The notes beneath the pieces are model-generated. The model had not been told where the DNA came from and searched no databases. It worked only from the letters and a program-made list of their open reading frames with translations. DNA of 64,000 bases from Methanobacteriota archaeon (GTDB lineage: Archaea; Thermoplasmatota; E2; DHVEG-1): contig CAVYNH010000006.1 in assembly GCA_963769885.1 (NCBI GenBank), positions 448,001-512,000 on the forward strand. The letters run 5' to 3'. Position 1 is the first letter of the stretch; each line of letters opens with the position of its first letter. Positions 1 to 9,781 of this stretch are shown in pieces. The position numbers and the translations under genes are program-made.

Positions 1-271
1 GTTTGTTGTAGCGGTGGACGAGGTCGAAGAACCGGCCGCCCAGGGACTTGTCATCCGGGCGGTCATAAGGGTAGATGGCGTTGCCGGGCTCGCCGACCTC
101 GATGATCTTGATGTTCTTGTTGTCGCTGTTGACCTTCTGCCGTAATTTCGGCATGTAAAAATCGATTTGGACGTCTTTTTCAGCGAGGCCGTGGGTCAAC
201 CCGTAGCAATGGGTCCCTAAACCACCTACTTTGAAGGGCGGGTATTCCCAGCCAAGCATCGCGACTTTCAT
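1..271 (-). CDS. Glycosyltransferase family 4 (glycogen synthase-like), 5' part, runs off the window edge
   Basis: Manual translation from ATG at 271: MKVAMLGWEYPPFKVGGLGTHCYGLTHGLAEKDVQIDFYMP, a typical GT4 N-terminus (WEYPP..GGLG). Not in the ORF track. Confidence 0.85.
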   Translation of the reverse strand, partial: MKVAMLGWEYPPFKVGGLGTHCYGLTHGLAEKDVQIDFYMPKLRQKVNSDNKNIKIIEVGEPGNAIYPYDRPDDKSLGGRFFDLVHRYNK

Positions 272-580
272 CTGAACTTTTCCTCACCAGAGTGCTAGGG
301 CGGATCTCTGAAAGCTTCCCCCAGGGCAAACCTTTAGGTCTTTCCTCTGTTCCACTGCGTGCTCATGACAGAGCTGTGTGAAGCCCGTAGAACAACATCC
401 TCTATTTATTACTTGCCTTTTGCTTAATCTCCTCTTTTTTTTCCTCGCGAGAAGCTTCCTCCAATCGGTTCTGGTTTCCACTACGACTTTCGTAGCCTAG
501 AAGTGGGAATGATTAAGAGGCATATAACTCTATCTAAAAAAATTGAGAGAATTTTTTTCAAAACTCTTGTAACATATTTG

Positions 581-860
581 ATGTCGCTGTCACCCAACTC
601 ACCCCGTGTTTTTGTGTTGGTGGGTTGGGTGCGGTGACGTGTCCGGTCCCAGGTGTTGCAGCAGTTGGGGCCGCGGCACTGCGCGTGTCGCGACAAGACT
701 GTCGGATACCGTGGTTGTCCTGTCCTTCATCTCTTGACATTACGTCGGTCGATCGCACAGGGACCCTAAGCGGTATCAACCTGTCCCCTCAGTCTTGCCC
801 CTCCAATCATCCTGTCATGGAGGTCTTCGTACCAAGGGGTACCCAAAATTATTGCGCGGT
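581..860 (+). ncRNA. Candidate structured non-coding RNA, family unknown
   Basis: Consecutive stems at 581-640 (22 bp) and 639-679 (17 bp), and a multibranch domain at 678-860. Non-Watson-Crick pairs are nearly all G-U on the + strand. No credible ORF. Confidence 0.5.
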
Positions 861-867
861 CCGTTCA

Positions 868-1695
868 TTAATCTTTCGATGCCGTCGGCCGGTAGGCGTT
901 GATCTGGTCCCGTAGCGCCACCGCCTTCTGTCGCGCCGCCTCCGCGTAGTCCTCGCCAGCAGAGGCGTACAGGATCTCCCGAGACGAGTTGATTAATGCC
1001 ATTTCCCCTTTGTGGTTGGTCCCGTAGCGGATGGTCTTCTCCACGTCGCCGCCTTGCTTGCCGACCCCCGGGATCAAGATCGGGACATGGTCGCCGAGGA
1101 TGCCGCGGACCTGCCGCATCTCCTCCGGGTACGTCGCGCCGACCACCGCCCCACAGTTCTTGTTCACATTCCACTCGGCGATCTTCTTCGCCACAATCTG
1201 ATACAACGGCGTCCCGTCGACGTTGAGGTCCTGCAGTTCCCCGGCGGATGGGTTCGACGTCCGGCAGAGAATGAAACTGCACTTCTCCTTATAATCCAAG
1301 AACGGCGTCAGCCCATCCTTCCCCAGGTACGCGTTCACGGTTACCGCATCCGCATGGTACGTCTCGAACAGCGCCTTGGCGTACTGCTGCGCCGTGTTGC
1401 CGATGTCATTGCGCTTCCCATCCAGGATCACGAACAGCTCCTTCGGGATCACCGCCAACGTCCGCTCCAGTAGCACCGTGCCCCACGGACCCAGGACCTC
1501 GTAGAACGCCAGGTTCAATTTAAAGGCGCACGCGACATCCCGCGTCGCCTCAATAATCGCCCTGTTAAACTCAAAGACCGGATTCTTCTTCTCCTTCACG
1601 CAGACAGGGATCTTCCCCGCATCCGTATCCAGCCCCACGCATAACAGACTCTGATTTTTATGGACAATCTCCGTCAGCTTCTCATCCCACATCAT
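868..1695 (-). CDS. pyrF: Orotidine-5'-phosphate decarboxylase (subfamily 2 type)
   Basis: LCVGLD, FKLNLAFYE, DGKRNDIGNT catalytic motif, VVGAT, ILIPGVGKQGG, INSSR. Start moved to MMWDEK. Confidence 0.95.
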   Translation of the reverse strand: MMWDEKLTEIVHKNQSLLCVGLDTDAGKIPVCVKEKKNPVFEFNRAIIEATRDVACAFKLNLAFYEVLGPWGTVLLERTLAVIPKELFVILDGKRNDIGNTAQQYAKALFETYHADAVTVNAYLGKDGLTPFLDYKEKCSFILCRTSNPSAGELQDLNVDGTPLYQIVAKKIAEWNVNKNCGAVVGATYPEEMRQVRGILGDHVPILIPGVGKQGGDVEKTIRYGTNHKGEMALINSSREILYASAGEDYAEAARQKAVALRDQINAYRPTASKD

Positions 1696-1798
1696 ACTTC
1701 CACCTACAACCCCGCCAGCCCCATCACCAACCATCTATAAAAAAACTCTCACCCACCAAGAATAGGTATTTAACACAACAAATAATTCACCACCCAAG

Positions 1799-2872
1799 AT
1801 GAAAATCATCTATGGCGTCTGCTCCTGGGGCCTCGGCCACGCCACCCGCAGCCTCCCCGTCATCCGCGCCCTCATCAACGACGGCCACCTCCTCACCATC
1901 GTCTCCCACGACCGCGCCCTCACCCTCCTCAAACAAGAACTCGGCGACCACGCCCTCTACCACGACATCCCAGACTACCCCATGCTCATCAGCGACAACG
2001 GACGCCAATTCCTCGCCAAATCAGCCATCTACTGGCCCCTCTTCATCCACCGCATCGAACAAGGCCTCACCCAACTCAAAACCATCCTCGCCCACGACCG
2101 CTACCACCTCATCATCTCCGACTCCCGCTACGACATGTACAACAGAAAAATCCCCTCCCTCTTCATCAGCCACCAGATGCGCATCATGAACCCCATGCGC
2201 ATCAAACTCCTGGAGCGCGGCAGCGAACGCTTCAACCAATTCTTCTTCAACCGCTTCACCGCCGTCATCGTCCCCGACACCAAAACCCACAGCCTCAGCG
2301 GCGACCTCTCCCACAACCTCAAACTCCTCAACGAAGACGCTATCCACTACGTCGGCCCCCTCTCCGACTTCCACAAAAAACGACTCACCAAGAACATCGA
2401 CTACCTCATCAGCTTCTCCGGCCCCGAGCCCCAACGCACCATCCTCGAAACCAAAATCATGGAACAACTCCAAGACCTCCATGGCACCATCGTCATCACC
2501 CAAGGCAAACCAGAGACCGCCACCAAAACCAAAAACAAGAACATCACCGTCTACACCTCCGTCAGCCGCGCCACCAGAGAAAACCTCCTCAACAAAGCCA
2601 AAACCGTCATCGGACGCTCAGGCTACACCACCATCATGGACCTCGCCGTCACCGGCACCAAAGCCCTCCTCATCCCCACCCCAGGACAAATCGAACAAGA
2701 ATACCTTGCCACCTACCACCAACACCACAACAACTACGCCACCGTCACCCAACCCCGCATCAACCTCGCCGACAACCTCCCACGCGTCAAGGCGACCACC
2801 GGCATCACCCACGCCCCCTCAGTCAAAACCACCGTCAATAATATCCTCGACATCATCACCCAACACACCTGA
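1799..2872 (+). CDS. GT-B glycosyltransferase (GT28 C-terminal / MJ1255-like)
   Basis: GLGHATRS N-terminal motif; GRSGYTT and IPTPGQIEQ motifs. Confidence 0.85.
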   Translation: MKIIYGVCSWGLGHATRSLPVIRALINDGHLLTIVSHDRALTLLKQELGDHALYHDIPDYPMLISDNGRQFLAKSAIYWPLFIHRIEQGLTQLKTILAHDRYHLIISDSRYDMYNRKIPSLFISHQMRIMNPMRIKLLERGSERFNQFFFNRFTAVIVPDTKTHSLSGDLSHNLKLLNEDAIHYVGPLSDFHKKRLTKNIDYLISFSGPEPQRTILETKIMEQLQDLHGTIVITQGKPETATKTKNKNITVYTSVSRATRENLLNKAKTVIGRSGYTTIMDLAVTGTKALLIPTPGQIEQEYLATYHQHHNNYATVTQPRINLADNLPRVKATTGITHAPSVKTTVNNILDIITQHT

Positions 2873-2930
2873 TAAAACATCCTTACCGGAACCAGTATAA
2901 ACCGCAAGGCCTTATATCCCGATTGAGAGA

Positions 2931-4730
2931 GTGCGGAAACAGACTTCTTCACCATTTACCATTATAAAAAAATGGTATTTTTGGCTCATCCTCATCACCA
3001 CACTCGCGGTCGTACTGCGCTCCATCCCAGCCTGGACCAACGCTGCCTGGGGCAGCGACTTCGGCATCTACTACGGCCTCACCAAAGCCTTCCTCAACAC
3101 CGGTAACCTCATCAACGCCTACAACGGCTGGGGCGCCTCCTACCAATACTTCCCCGTCCTCTACCTCGTCACCGGCGCCGCCCACATGCTCTCCGGCCTC
3201 GATGTCCTCTACATCCTCCCAAAAATCGCCCCGATCTTCGGCGGCCTCACCGTCACCATCCTCTACTTTATCGTCTACGAACTCCTCAAACGCCGCGACA
3301 TCGCCCTGCTCTCCGCCGCCTTCCTCGCCGTCGCTCCCTTCCACGTCTACCAGACCAGCCACGCCGCCCCCCTCACCATGGGCCACTTCTTCATGCTGCT
3401 TTCCCTCTACCTCTTCCTCAAATACCTCCACAACCACCGCTACCTCGTCCCCCTCATCCTCTCCACCATCCTCCTCATCATGTCCCACCACCTCACCACC
3501 TACTTCTACATCATCAGCCTCTTCGGCATCGTCATCTTCCAAAGCATCTCCACCCCCCTACGCGACCTCAAACGACAAGTCACCTACGTTACCGCCTGCA
3601 GCCTCATGGCCTTCATCTACTGGTTCACCGTCGCGGTCCCCGTCTTCAACGTCTACCTCGGCAACAACCTCTTCGGCTCCCCCGGGATCCTCGTCGCCGC
3701 CTTCTACCTCGCTTTCTTCGGCCTCCTCCTCGCCTTCACCCGCCCCCAGATGCAAGCCTGGCGCCGCCACTTCGTCCTTAAACACTCGCCGAAAACCCCG
3801 AGCCCGGCCCGAGCCGGCATCCTCTTCGCCGGCACCGTCATCGGCCTGCTCTCCACGATTCTCGTCTTCTTCTTCATCCCCTTCCCAGTCTCGGTCCTCC
3901 GGATGAACACCACGACCTTGCTCTACTCCATCCCCGTCATCATCTTCACCGGCATCTGCGCCCTCGGCTTCGAGTACCTCCGCGAACTCGAGAACCACCG
4001 GATCATCCAAGGCTGGTTCTTCGCCATCTTCATCTCTTTCGTCTTCGCCTTTCTCACTGGCGATACCAAGCTCTTCCCCGACCGCCACATCGAATACCTC
4101 ATGGTCCCCATGTCCATCATCGCCGCCTACGGCCTCTACCGCTCTCTCAACAAACTCCATGTCCCAGCCTTACCCAGCCTCTCCTTAAGCAGAATCCCTC
4201 ACCGGCAATGGCTGCTCGTCGCCATCACCTGCTTCCTCGTCTGCACCAACAGCATGGCCGTCTACCCCGCGAAGAACTCCATCGGCGGCATCAACGAGAC
4301 CATCTCCGAGCCCGCCCTCAGCGCCATCCAGTGGATGACCACGACCCTAGACAAGAACCAGACGCTCGTCGCCTCCGACCTGCGCCTCACCAAGATCGCG
4401 TGGGCCGAAGGCTTCAACACCACCTTCGAGGACACCAACGAGACCTGGACGAGCACCGACTGGCACGGATGCCTCTCCGACCTCGAAGGCAACGAGACCA
4501 GAGGCCGCATCACCACTATCCTCATCGACGACGTCATGCAGACCAGCGTCGTGAACCTCGCCCTCCTCCGGAACGAATACATGACGAACGAATCCTACCT
4601 CAAATTCGCCTCCGAGCCCTTCGAGCGACTCTATCGTAACGAGACGCTGAATGCCAACGGTGAGGTCCTCCACTGGGTCGAAGTCTACGCCGTCAACTGG
4701 ACCTACATCGAACAGCAGACGACACAATAA
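2931..4730 (+). CDS. Polytopic membrane protein, probable GT-C glycosyltransferase
   Basis: Many TM segments, first-loop GSDFGIY, SHHLT motif and a soluble C-terminal domain. Follows a GT gene. Confidence 0.6.
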   Translation: MRKQTSSPFTIIKKWYFWLILITTLAVVLRSIPAWTNAAWGSDFGIYYGLTKAFLNTGNLINAYNGWGASYQYFPVLYLVTGAAHMLSGLDVLYILPKIAPIFGGLTVTILYFIVYELLKRRDIALLSAAFLAVAPFHVYQTSHAAPLTMGHFFMLLSLYLFLKYLHNHRYLVPLILSTILLIMSHHLTTYFYIISLFGIVIFQSISTPLRDLKRQVTYVTACSLMAFIYWFTVAVPVFNVYLGNNLFGSPGILVAAFYLAFFGLLLAFTRPQMQAWRRHFVLKHSPKTPSPARAGILFAGTVIGLLSTILVFFFIPFPVSVLRMNTTTLLYSIPVIIFTGICALGFEYLRELENHRIIQGWFFAIFISFVFAFLTGDTKLFPDRHIEYLMVPMSIIAAYGLYRSLNKLHVPALPSLSLSRIPHRQWLLVAITCFLVCTNSMAVYPAKNSIGGINETISEPALSAIQWMTTTLDKNQTLVASDLRLTKIAWAEGFNTTFEDTNETWTSTDWHGCLSDLEGNETRGRITTILIDDVMQTSVVNLALLRNEYMTNESYLKFASEPFERLYRNETLNANGEVLHWVEVYAVNWTYIEQQTTQ

Positions 4731-4748
4731 ACAAACAGTCTATTTTTA

Positions 4749-5699
4749 TCAATGAAACAGATACGGGCTCAGCGAGGAGACGATCGACATCGGGGAGGCG
4801 AAGACGTCGGTGGCGAAATACTGGTACCAGCCGCAGCCACGAGGGCAGGCCTGCATCGCCGTCCGCGCCTCATGTGCCTTCAGAGTCTGGAGGAACTCCA
4901 TAAAGCTTCCCTCGGTGAAGTTATAGAGATGCTGGCCGATGGTGCGGCAGGGATAGAAGAGGCCGCCATCCGAGTCGATGATCACCGAGGACGTCGAGCA
5001 GCCATGCTCGCTGTTGATATTATCCAGGAATCCCCGGGGCGTCGTAATGGTCTGGGGATACAATTTCTTCAACCTTAGGATTTCCTCGCGGAACCGGGCG
5101 GGGTCGGGGTAGAAATCATCCGTGCCGTCGAGATGGCAGGCGGGCATGACGACCGTCCGGGCATGGACGTCGAACACGCGCTTGACCTTCTCCTCAAGAG
5201 CCGGCAGGGTCTCTTTCGTGACAACAATCTGGATGCAGATCTCCGGGCCATAGGACTGGAACTCCGAGAGCCGGTCAAAGAACTCGAGGTTATCATGACC
5301 TTCATCGATGCTGATGTGCAAGTAGTCGATGTATTTTGCATACTCGGTCATGGGGCTTTTGTCGAGGAGGTGGCCGTTGGTGGTGAAGAAGAGATAGAAG
5401 GGCTTGGTGGCGGCGTGTGTGAGGATCTCGCCGAGGTCTTTTCGGATGAGGGGATCCCCGCCTTCGAGGCTGAGGACGATGATGCTGGAGGTGGCGAGGT
5501 TATCGAGGACCTTGAGGACCTGGTCGGTGGGGAGGTCCGGGGTTTTTTCTTTCCAGACGTTGCAGAAGGCGCATTGGAGGCTGCAGTGGTGGGTGACTTT
5601 GAAGGAGGCGTAGAAGGGGTAGATGGCTTCGCCTGCGAGCCGGTTGGCGAGGGCGTAGCGGACGGTGGAGAGGTATTTGGTGAGCGGGAGGGTTTTCAT
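4749..5699 (-). CDS. Radical SAM protein with C-terminal Cys-rich (SPASM/Twitch-like) domain
   Basis: CSLQCAFC (CX3CX2C), GGDPL, TTNG, C-terminal IDSDGGLFYPC and CPRGC. Start set at MKTLPL. Confidence 0.85.
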   Translation of the reverse strand: MKTLPLTKYLSTVRYALANRLAGEAIYPFYASFKVTHHCSLQCAFCNVWKEKTPDLPTDQVLKVLDNLATSSIIVLSLEGGDPLIRKDLGEILTHAATKPFYLFFTTNGHLLDKSPMTEYAKYIDYLHISIDEGHDNLEFFDRLSEFQSYGPEICIQIVVTKETLPALEEKVKRVFDVHARTVVMPACHLDGTDDFYPDPARFREEILRLKKLYPQTITTPRGFLDNINSEHGCSTSSVIIDSDGGLFYPCRTIGQHLYNFTEGSFMEFLQTLKAHEARTAMQACPRGCGWYQYFATDVFASPMSIVSSLSPYLFH

Positions 5700-5823
5700 G
5701 TGGTCCTTGGGTGGGGTGTGTATTGAGTGAAGTAAGATAAGCATTGTCTTTTGGCTCATGGTGGTTTTATAGGGAGTGAGGCGGCGTCACCTTTTAATAG
5801 GGATACGGTATTCAGCACTTCCT

Positions 5824-5991
5824 ATGCCAAAGAAAGCTGAGAAGTGCAACTCCTGCGGCAAGGGGCTGCTCGAGCAGGGTTCGACGACGTTTCCGTGCCC
5901 GAGCTGCGGCACCATGGTCGGCCGCTGCAATAACTGCCGCGAACAGAGCATCGACTACATCTGCCCGCAATGCAGCTTCCGCGGGCCGTAG
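5824..5991 (+). CDS. Zinc-ribbon protein DUF1610 (HVO_2753 family)
   Basis: Four CxxC motifs ending CPQCSFRGP; conserved position upstream of aEF-1beta. Confidence 0.9.
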   Translation: MPKKAEKCNSCGKGLLEQGSTTFPCPSCGTMVGRCNNCREQSIDYICPQCSFRGP

Positions 5992-6018
5992 AAGGATTTT
6001 GGGGAGGCTTGCGAGCGT

Positions 6019-6291
6019 ATGGGAGAAGTCATCGCGTTGATTCGTATGATGCCGGACGGCGTCCTGAGTGATGCGGAGATGGACGTCATCGCCGGTGAAG
6101 TCCGTAAGATTATTCAGAAGCCGATCCGCCTTGGGCGCGTCGAGGTCAAGAACATCGCCTTCGGGTTGAAGGGGCTGGATGTGACGATCGCGGTGCCCGA
6201 CTCCGAGGGCGGGCTGGACCCGATCGTCGAGAAGCTCGGGAAAATAAAGAAAGTGGATAACGTCGAGGTCGTCGATGTCGGCCGAATCTAA
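6019..6291 (+). CDS. ef1b: Archaeal elongation factor 1-beta
   Basis: 90 aa, IAFGLKGL motif, adjacent to DUF1610. Confidence 0.92.
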   Translation: MGEVIALIRMMPDGVLSDAEMDVIAGEVRKIIQKPIRLGRVEVKNIAFGLKGLDVTIAVPDSEGGLDPIVEKLGKIKKVDNVEVVDVGRI

Positions 6292-6989
6292 GTGAGTTTG
6301 CTGACGGTCAGCTGTCTGACCTGGTCCTGGCAGAGGATCAGGGCTTCTTTTCCGTTTTCCGTGGGGTAGTAGACGGGGTAAGCGCTGTTGCTGGTGTCGC
6401 CTTCGACGAGCTCCGCGAAATGCATCTTGTTGAGGTGCCACTTGACCACGTGGTGGTTCATGTTGAGCGCGTGGGCGATCTCGAGGAGATGGCGGCCGGG
6501 GTGGTCGGTGACGTACTGCAGGATGTCGTGCGCGTTCTTGTTGCGCAAGACGGACTCGGCGATGGCGCGCTGTCGGACCTCGAGGCCGCCTTCGACGAGG
6601 TAGTAGACCTTCTTGCCGCCGATAACGCGGCTGCGGACGAGGTTCGTCTGCTCCAGCTTCCGCAGGTGCCAGGCGGCGTTGCTTGGCTTCAGGTCCAGTT
6701 CCCTGGCGATCTCCCGGAGGTGTGAGCCGGGGTACTCGTCGATGTACTCATACAGATGTTTTCTGGTTTCGGTGTCGAGGACGTTCTCCGGCGTCACGTA
6801 CTTGATGCCGCCGAAGAAGAACAGGAACCCCAGGGCCACGGCGACGATTACGATGATGATCGCCGTCGACGACCCGCCGATGCCGTCCGACGGCGCCGTC
6901 GACGCCCAGGCTACGGGAGCAAGAGAGAGCAGGAGCCCACTCACGACAATAACCACGCAGTACGATGTCCGCTGCACGCCAAATCCCAT
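6288..6989 (-). CDS. Membrane-anchored tandem winged-HTH transcriptional regulator
   Basis: Two N-terminal hydrophobic segments, then two wHTH units (YPGSHLREIARELDL..WHLRKL; HPGRHLLEIAHAL..WHLNKM). Confidence 0.8.
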   Translation of the reverse strand: MGFGVQRTSYCVVIVVSGLLLSLAPVAWASTAPSDGIGGSSTAIIIVIVAVALGFLFFFGGIKYVTPENVLDTETRKHLYEYIDEYPGSHLREIARELDLKPSNAAWHLRKLEQTNLVRSRVIGGKKVYYLVEGGLEVRQRAIAESVLRNKNAHDILQYVTDHPGRHLLEIAHALNMNHHVVKWHLNKMHFAELVEGDTSNSAYPVYYPTENGKEALILCQDQVRQLTVSKLT

Positions 6990-7087
6990 CCTTCTGACGC
7001 TACAACGCCTGCATCCTTAAAAGAATTTCCCCGATAAGCACCTTAAAGAGCGGCAGTGGCTAGGGTCAAGCAGAAAAGAGGCTTCAT

Positions 7088-8791
7088 CTACTTGTGGGTG
7101 AACACCCCGGTCAGCGTAGGCTCCCGGGCGTCGATCCGCACGAACCCGTACCGTTCGAATTGGACGATCTCCCCGACGGGGAGGCCGCCGACCGCCTGCT
7201 CCGCGTACCCCTCCGTGCTCTGCAGACTCTCAGGGTTGAACTCTTCATGGACGAAGAGGGACCCTGGGCGGACGATGGTCATCCGGATAAACTGGTCCGT
7301 CGTCCACTGCAGTTTCACGGACTCCGGCAGGATCGTCTCACCAGCGTACCCGCCGGCCAGCTCCTTGCCGGCATGCGTGAGCTTGATGTTGCAGAGGTCC
7401 TTGAGCCGGAAGACATCCCCTTTCTTGAACCGAGCGACATCCTCCCGCGGCACATAGAACACGGACGAAAGCGCGATTTCCCGCTCGCCCATCGCAGCCG
7501 CCGGATGCAGCCGAACCCGCTTCACCTTCAACGGCAGACCCGAGACGGTCAGTTTCACCGGATCCGGCACGAAAAAGAACCGCTTCACCCGAGGATCCAG
7601 AATCTTCCGATTCGCAGCCTCGACCAGGCTGAAGTCCACCACCGACTCCACCTTCGAAGTCCCCTGGGACACGACGAACTGGCGGATCGCCTCCGGCACG
7701 ATCCCCCGACGACACAGACCGCGCAGCGTCGGCAATCGCACATCATCAAACCCGGAGACCAGCCCCTGCTCGATGAGCGGCTTGATCTTCCGCTTCGACA
7801 CCGGCATCCCCTCGATGGAGAGCCGCGCGAACTCCATCAACTGAGGCTGCCGCAGCCCGAGCTTCTCCAGGATATGGAAGTACACCTCATCCCGCAGCTC
7901 ATACTCCTTCGTCCGGAACGGATGCGTCACCCCACTAAGGCTATCCTCGACCGCCCCCGCAAAATCATACGTCGGCCACAGCCGATACCGTGTCCCGGTC
8001 AATGGATGGGGGGATTCGATCACCCGGAACAACGTCGGGTCACGCATCGCCGTGTTCTTACTCGCCATATCGCCCTTCAGACGCAGGATCCCGTTCTCCA
8101 CCGATCCATCGATTAGCCCGTCGAGCAGCGCCCTCGAATCCTTGCGAGTCCGACACGCACAAGCCATCCCCTTGAACCGCGACTCACGAATCACCTCGGA
8201 AAGACAGGAACAGACATACGCATCACCCTGAACAATCAGCTGCCGGGCAAGCTCATAGTGCCGCGGAAGATGATCGGAGGTGTTGTATTCCTCATCCCAC
8301 GCGACCCCCAGCCACCGCAGGTCATCCCTCTGCGCCTCGTAGAACTCCTGCTGCGCATTCTCCGGGTTCGTGTCATCAAACCGCAAGATGAATTTCCCGT
8401 CGTACATCCGCGCGTACTCGCTGTCGATGATCGCCGCCTTCGCATGACCGATATGTAAATACCCGTTCGGCTCCGGCGGAAACCGGGTGACCACCCGCCC
8501 CTTCTGCGCCTCAGGCAGCGGAGGCAGCGCATACTCGCGCTTCTTCCTCTCCCGATGGAGGAGCTCAGGGGCAATCGCGGTCAGCTCCGTCCGCTGCTGC
8601 TCCACCGTCAACGCGTTGACCGCGGCGACGGCCTCATGGACAACGGGCATGATCTCCTTTGGGGAGACGGTGGTGCCTTTGAAGGCAGCGATGACCTTAC
8701 CGGCGACCGCCTTCTCGTTCGCCTTCCCGTCGAACTGCACGGCGTTCTGCAAGGCGTACTTACGTGCCTCATCGAAAAGCGAGCCGGGCAT
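7088..8791 (-). CDS. gltX: Glutamate--tRNA ligase (archaeal)
   Basis: VTRFPPEPNGYLHIGH, LRFDDTNP, PTYDFA, VSKRK. Confidence 0.96.
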   Translation of the reverse strand: MPGSLFDEARKYALQNAVQFDGKANEKAVAGKVIAAFKGTTVSPKEIMPVVHEAVAAVNALTVEQQRTELTAIAPELLHRERKKREYALPPLPEAQKGRVVTRFPPEPNGYLHIGHAKAAIIDSEYARMYDGKFILRFDDTNPENAQQEFYEAQRDDLRWLGVAWDEEYNTSDHLPRHYELARQLIVQGDAYVCSCLSEVIRESRFKGMACACRTRKDSRALLDGLIDGSVENGILRLKGDMASKNTAMRDPTLFRVIESPHPLTGTRYRLWPTYDFAGAVEDSLSGVTHPFRTKEYELRDEVYFHILEKLGLRQPQLMEFARLSIEGMPVSKRKIKPLIEQGLVSGFDDVRLPTLRGLCRRGIVPEAIRQFVVSQGTSKVESVVDFSLVEAANRKILDPRVKRFFFVPDPVKLTVSGLPLKVKRVRLHPAAAMGEREIALSSVFYVPREDVARFKKGDVFRLKDLCNIKLTHAGKELAGGYAGETILPESVKLQWTTDQFIRMTIVRPGSLFVHEEFNPESLQSTEGYAEQAVGGLPVGEIVQFERYGFVRIDAREPTLTGVFTHK

Positions 8792-8797
8792 CGTCCT

Positions 8798-9781
8798 CTA
8801 CTTCTCCCGAGTGATGGCGTAATCGGCTAAGGCCTGCAGCGTCTGTTTCACGAGAGAATCCTGCAGGATGTTGAGGCTGGCTTTCGCCTCTGCGTTGTAC
8901 TGTTGGGCGATAGACCTGGCGTATTCCACGGAGCCGGAGTCGCGGAAGATTTTCAAAGCGGCTTTGATGTCCTCATCCGAGGCCTTTGGGTTTCCGAAGA
9001 CCGTGTCGAGGGTCTTTTTCTGCTCCGGGGATGCATGATGCATGCAGTGGACCGCGATCAATGTCTTCTTCCCGTTCCTGATGTCGTTGCCGATGTCTTT
9101 TCCGAGGACAGTGACGTTACTACTCACGTCCAGGTAATCATCCCAGATCTGGAAGGATAACCCAAGGAACATGCCGTACTTCGCGAGCGCATCAACCTCT
9201 TCGGGGGAGCCGCCGCCGATGCGGGCGCCGCCTTTCGCAGCGAGCTCAAAGAGCACCCCCGTCTTCTTGTTGATCATCTGGAGGTATTCCTTTTCGGTGA
9301 TGGTTTTTCGCCGTTCAAAGTCCATGTCCAGTTCTTGGCCTTCACAGATGTTCAGGATGCATTGGACGAGGTCGCCGTCCAGTTCCTTGAACATCCCCAG
9401 GTCCACGTTCAGCTCCAGCATCGCCTCGAAGGCTTTCGCGAAGAGCAGATCACCGGCAAGGATCGCGGTCGCCTCCCCGTACTTCACGTGGACGGTCTGC
9501 AGGCCGCGGCGGATCAGGGACTTGTCCATGATGTCGTCATGGATGAGGGTGAAGTTGTGCATCAGCTCCAATGCGGCGCCGAAGGGGAGCACAGAACTCG
9601 CGTCGCCGAAGACGCTCTCACAGGCAAGCATGGCGATGGCAGGGCGCATGCGTTTCCCGCCGCCGAGGGGGAGGTGGCGTGCCGCCTCATAGAGCCGTGC
9701 GGGGTCGCTTTGCAGGAGGAAATGATGCCAGTAGGAGTCGAAGATGGTCACTCGTTTGGACAGCTCATCAGTCAATATCAT
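8798..9781 (-). CDS. idsA: Geranylgeranyl diphosphate synthase (polyprenyl synthetase)
   Basis: GGKRMRP, HDDIMD..RRG, GQELDM, KTG, FQIWDDYLD. In operon with fni and ipk. Confidence 0.92.
   Translation of the reverse strand: MILTDELSKRVTIFDSYWHHFLLQSDPARLYEAARHLPLGGGKRMRPAIAMLACESVFGDASSVLPFGAALELMHNFTLIHDDIMDKSLIRRGLQTVHVKYGEATAILAGDLLFAKAFEAMLELNVDLGMFKELDGDLVQCILNICEGQELDMDFERRKTITEKEYLQMINKKTGVLFELAAKGGARIGGGSPEEVDALAKYGMFLGLSFQIWDDYLDVSSNVTVLGKDIGNDIRNGKKTLIAVHCMHHASPEQKKTLDTVFGNPKASDEDIKAALKIFRDSGSVEYARSIAQQYNAEAKASLNILQDSLVKQTLQALADYAITREK

Noticed and set aside
284-481. 65-aa minus-strand ORF upstream of the GT4 gene
   Set aside because: GTG start, Lys/Arg run derived from a T-rich tract, no recognisable motif. 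Not supportable as a gene.
648-668. CAGG...AGCAG resembling SRP RNA helix 8
   Set aside because: The spacer is only 6 nt with no GNRA loop, and the other SRP helices are absent.
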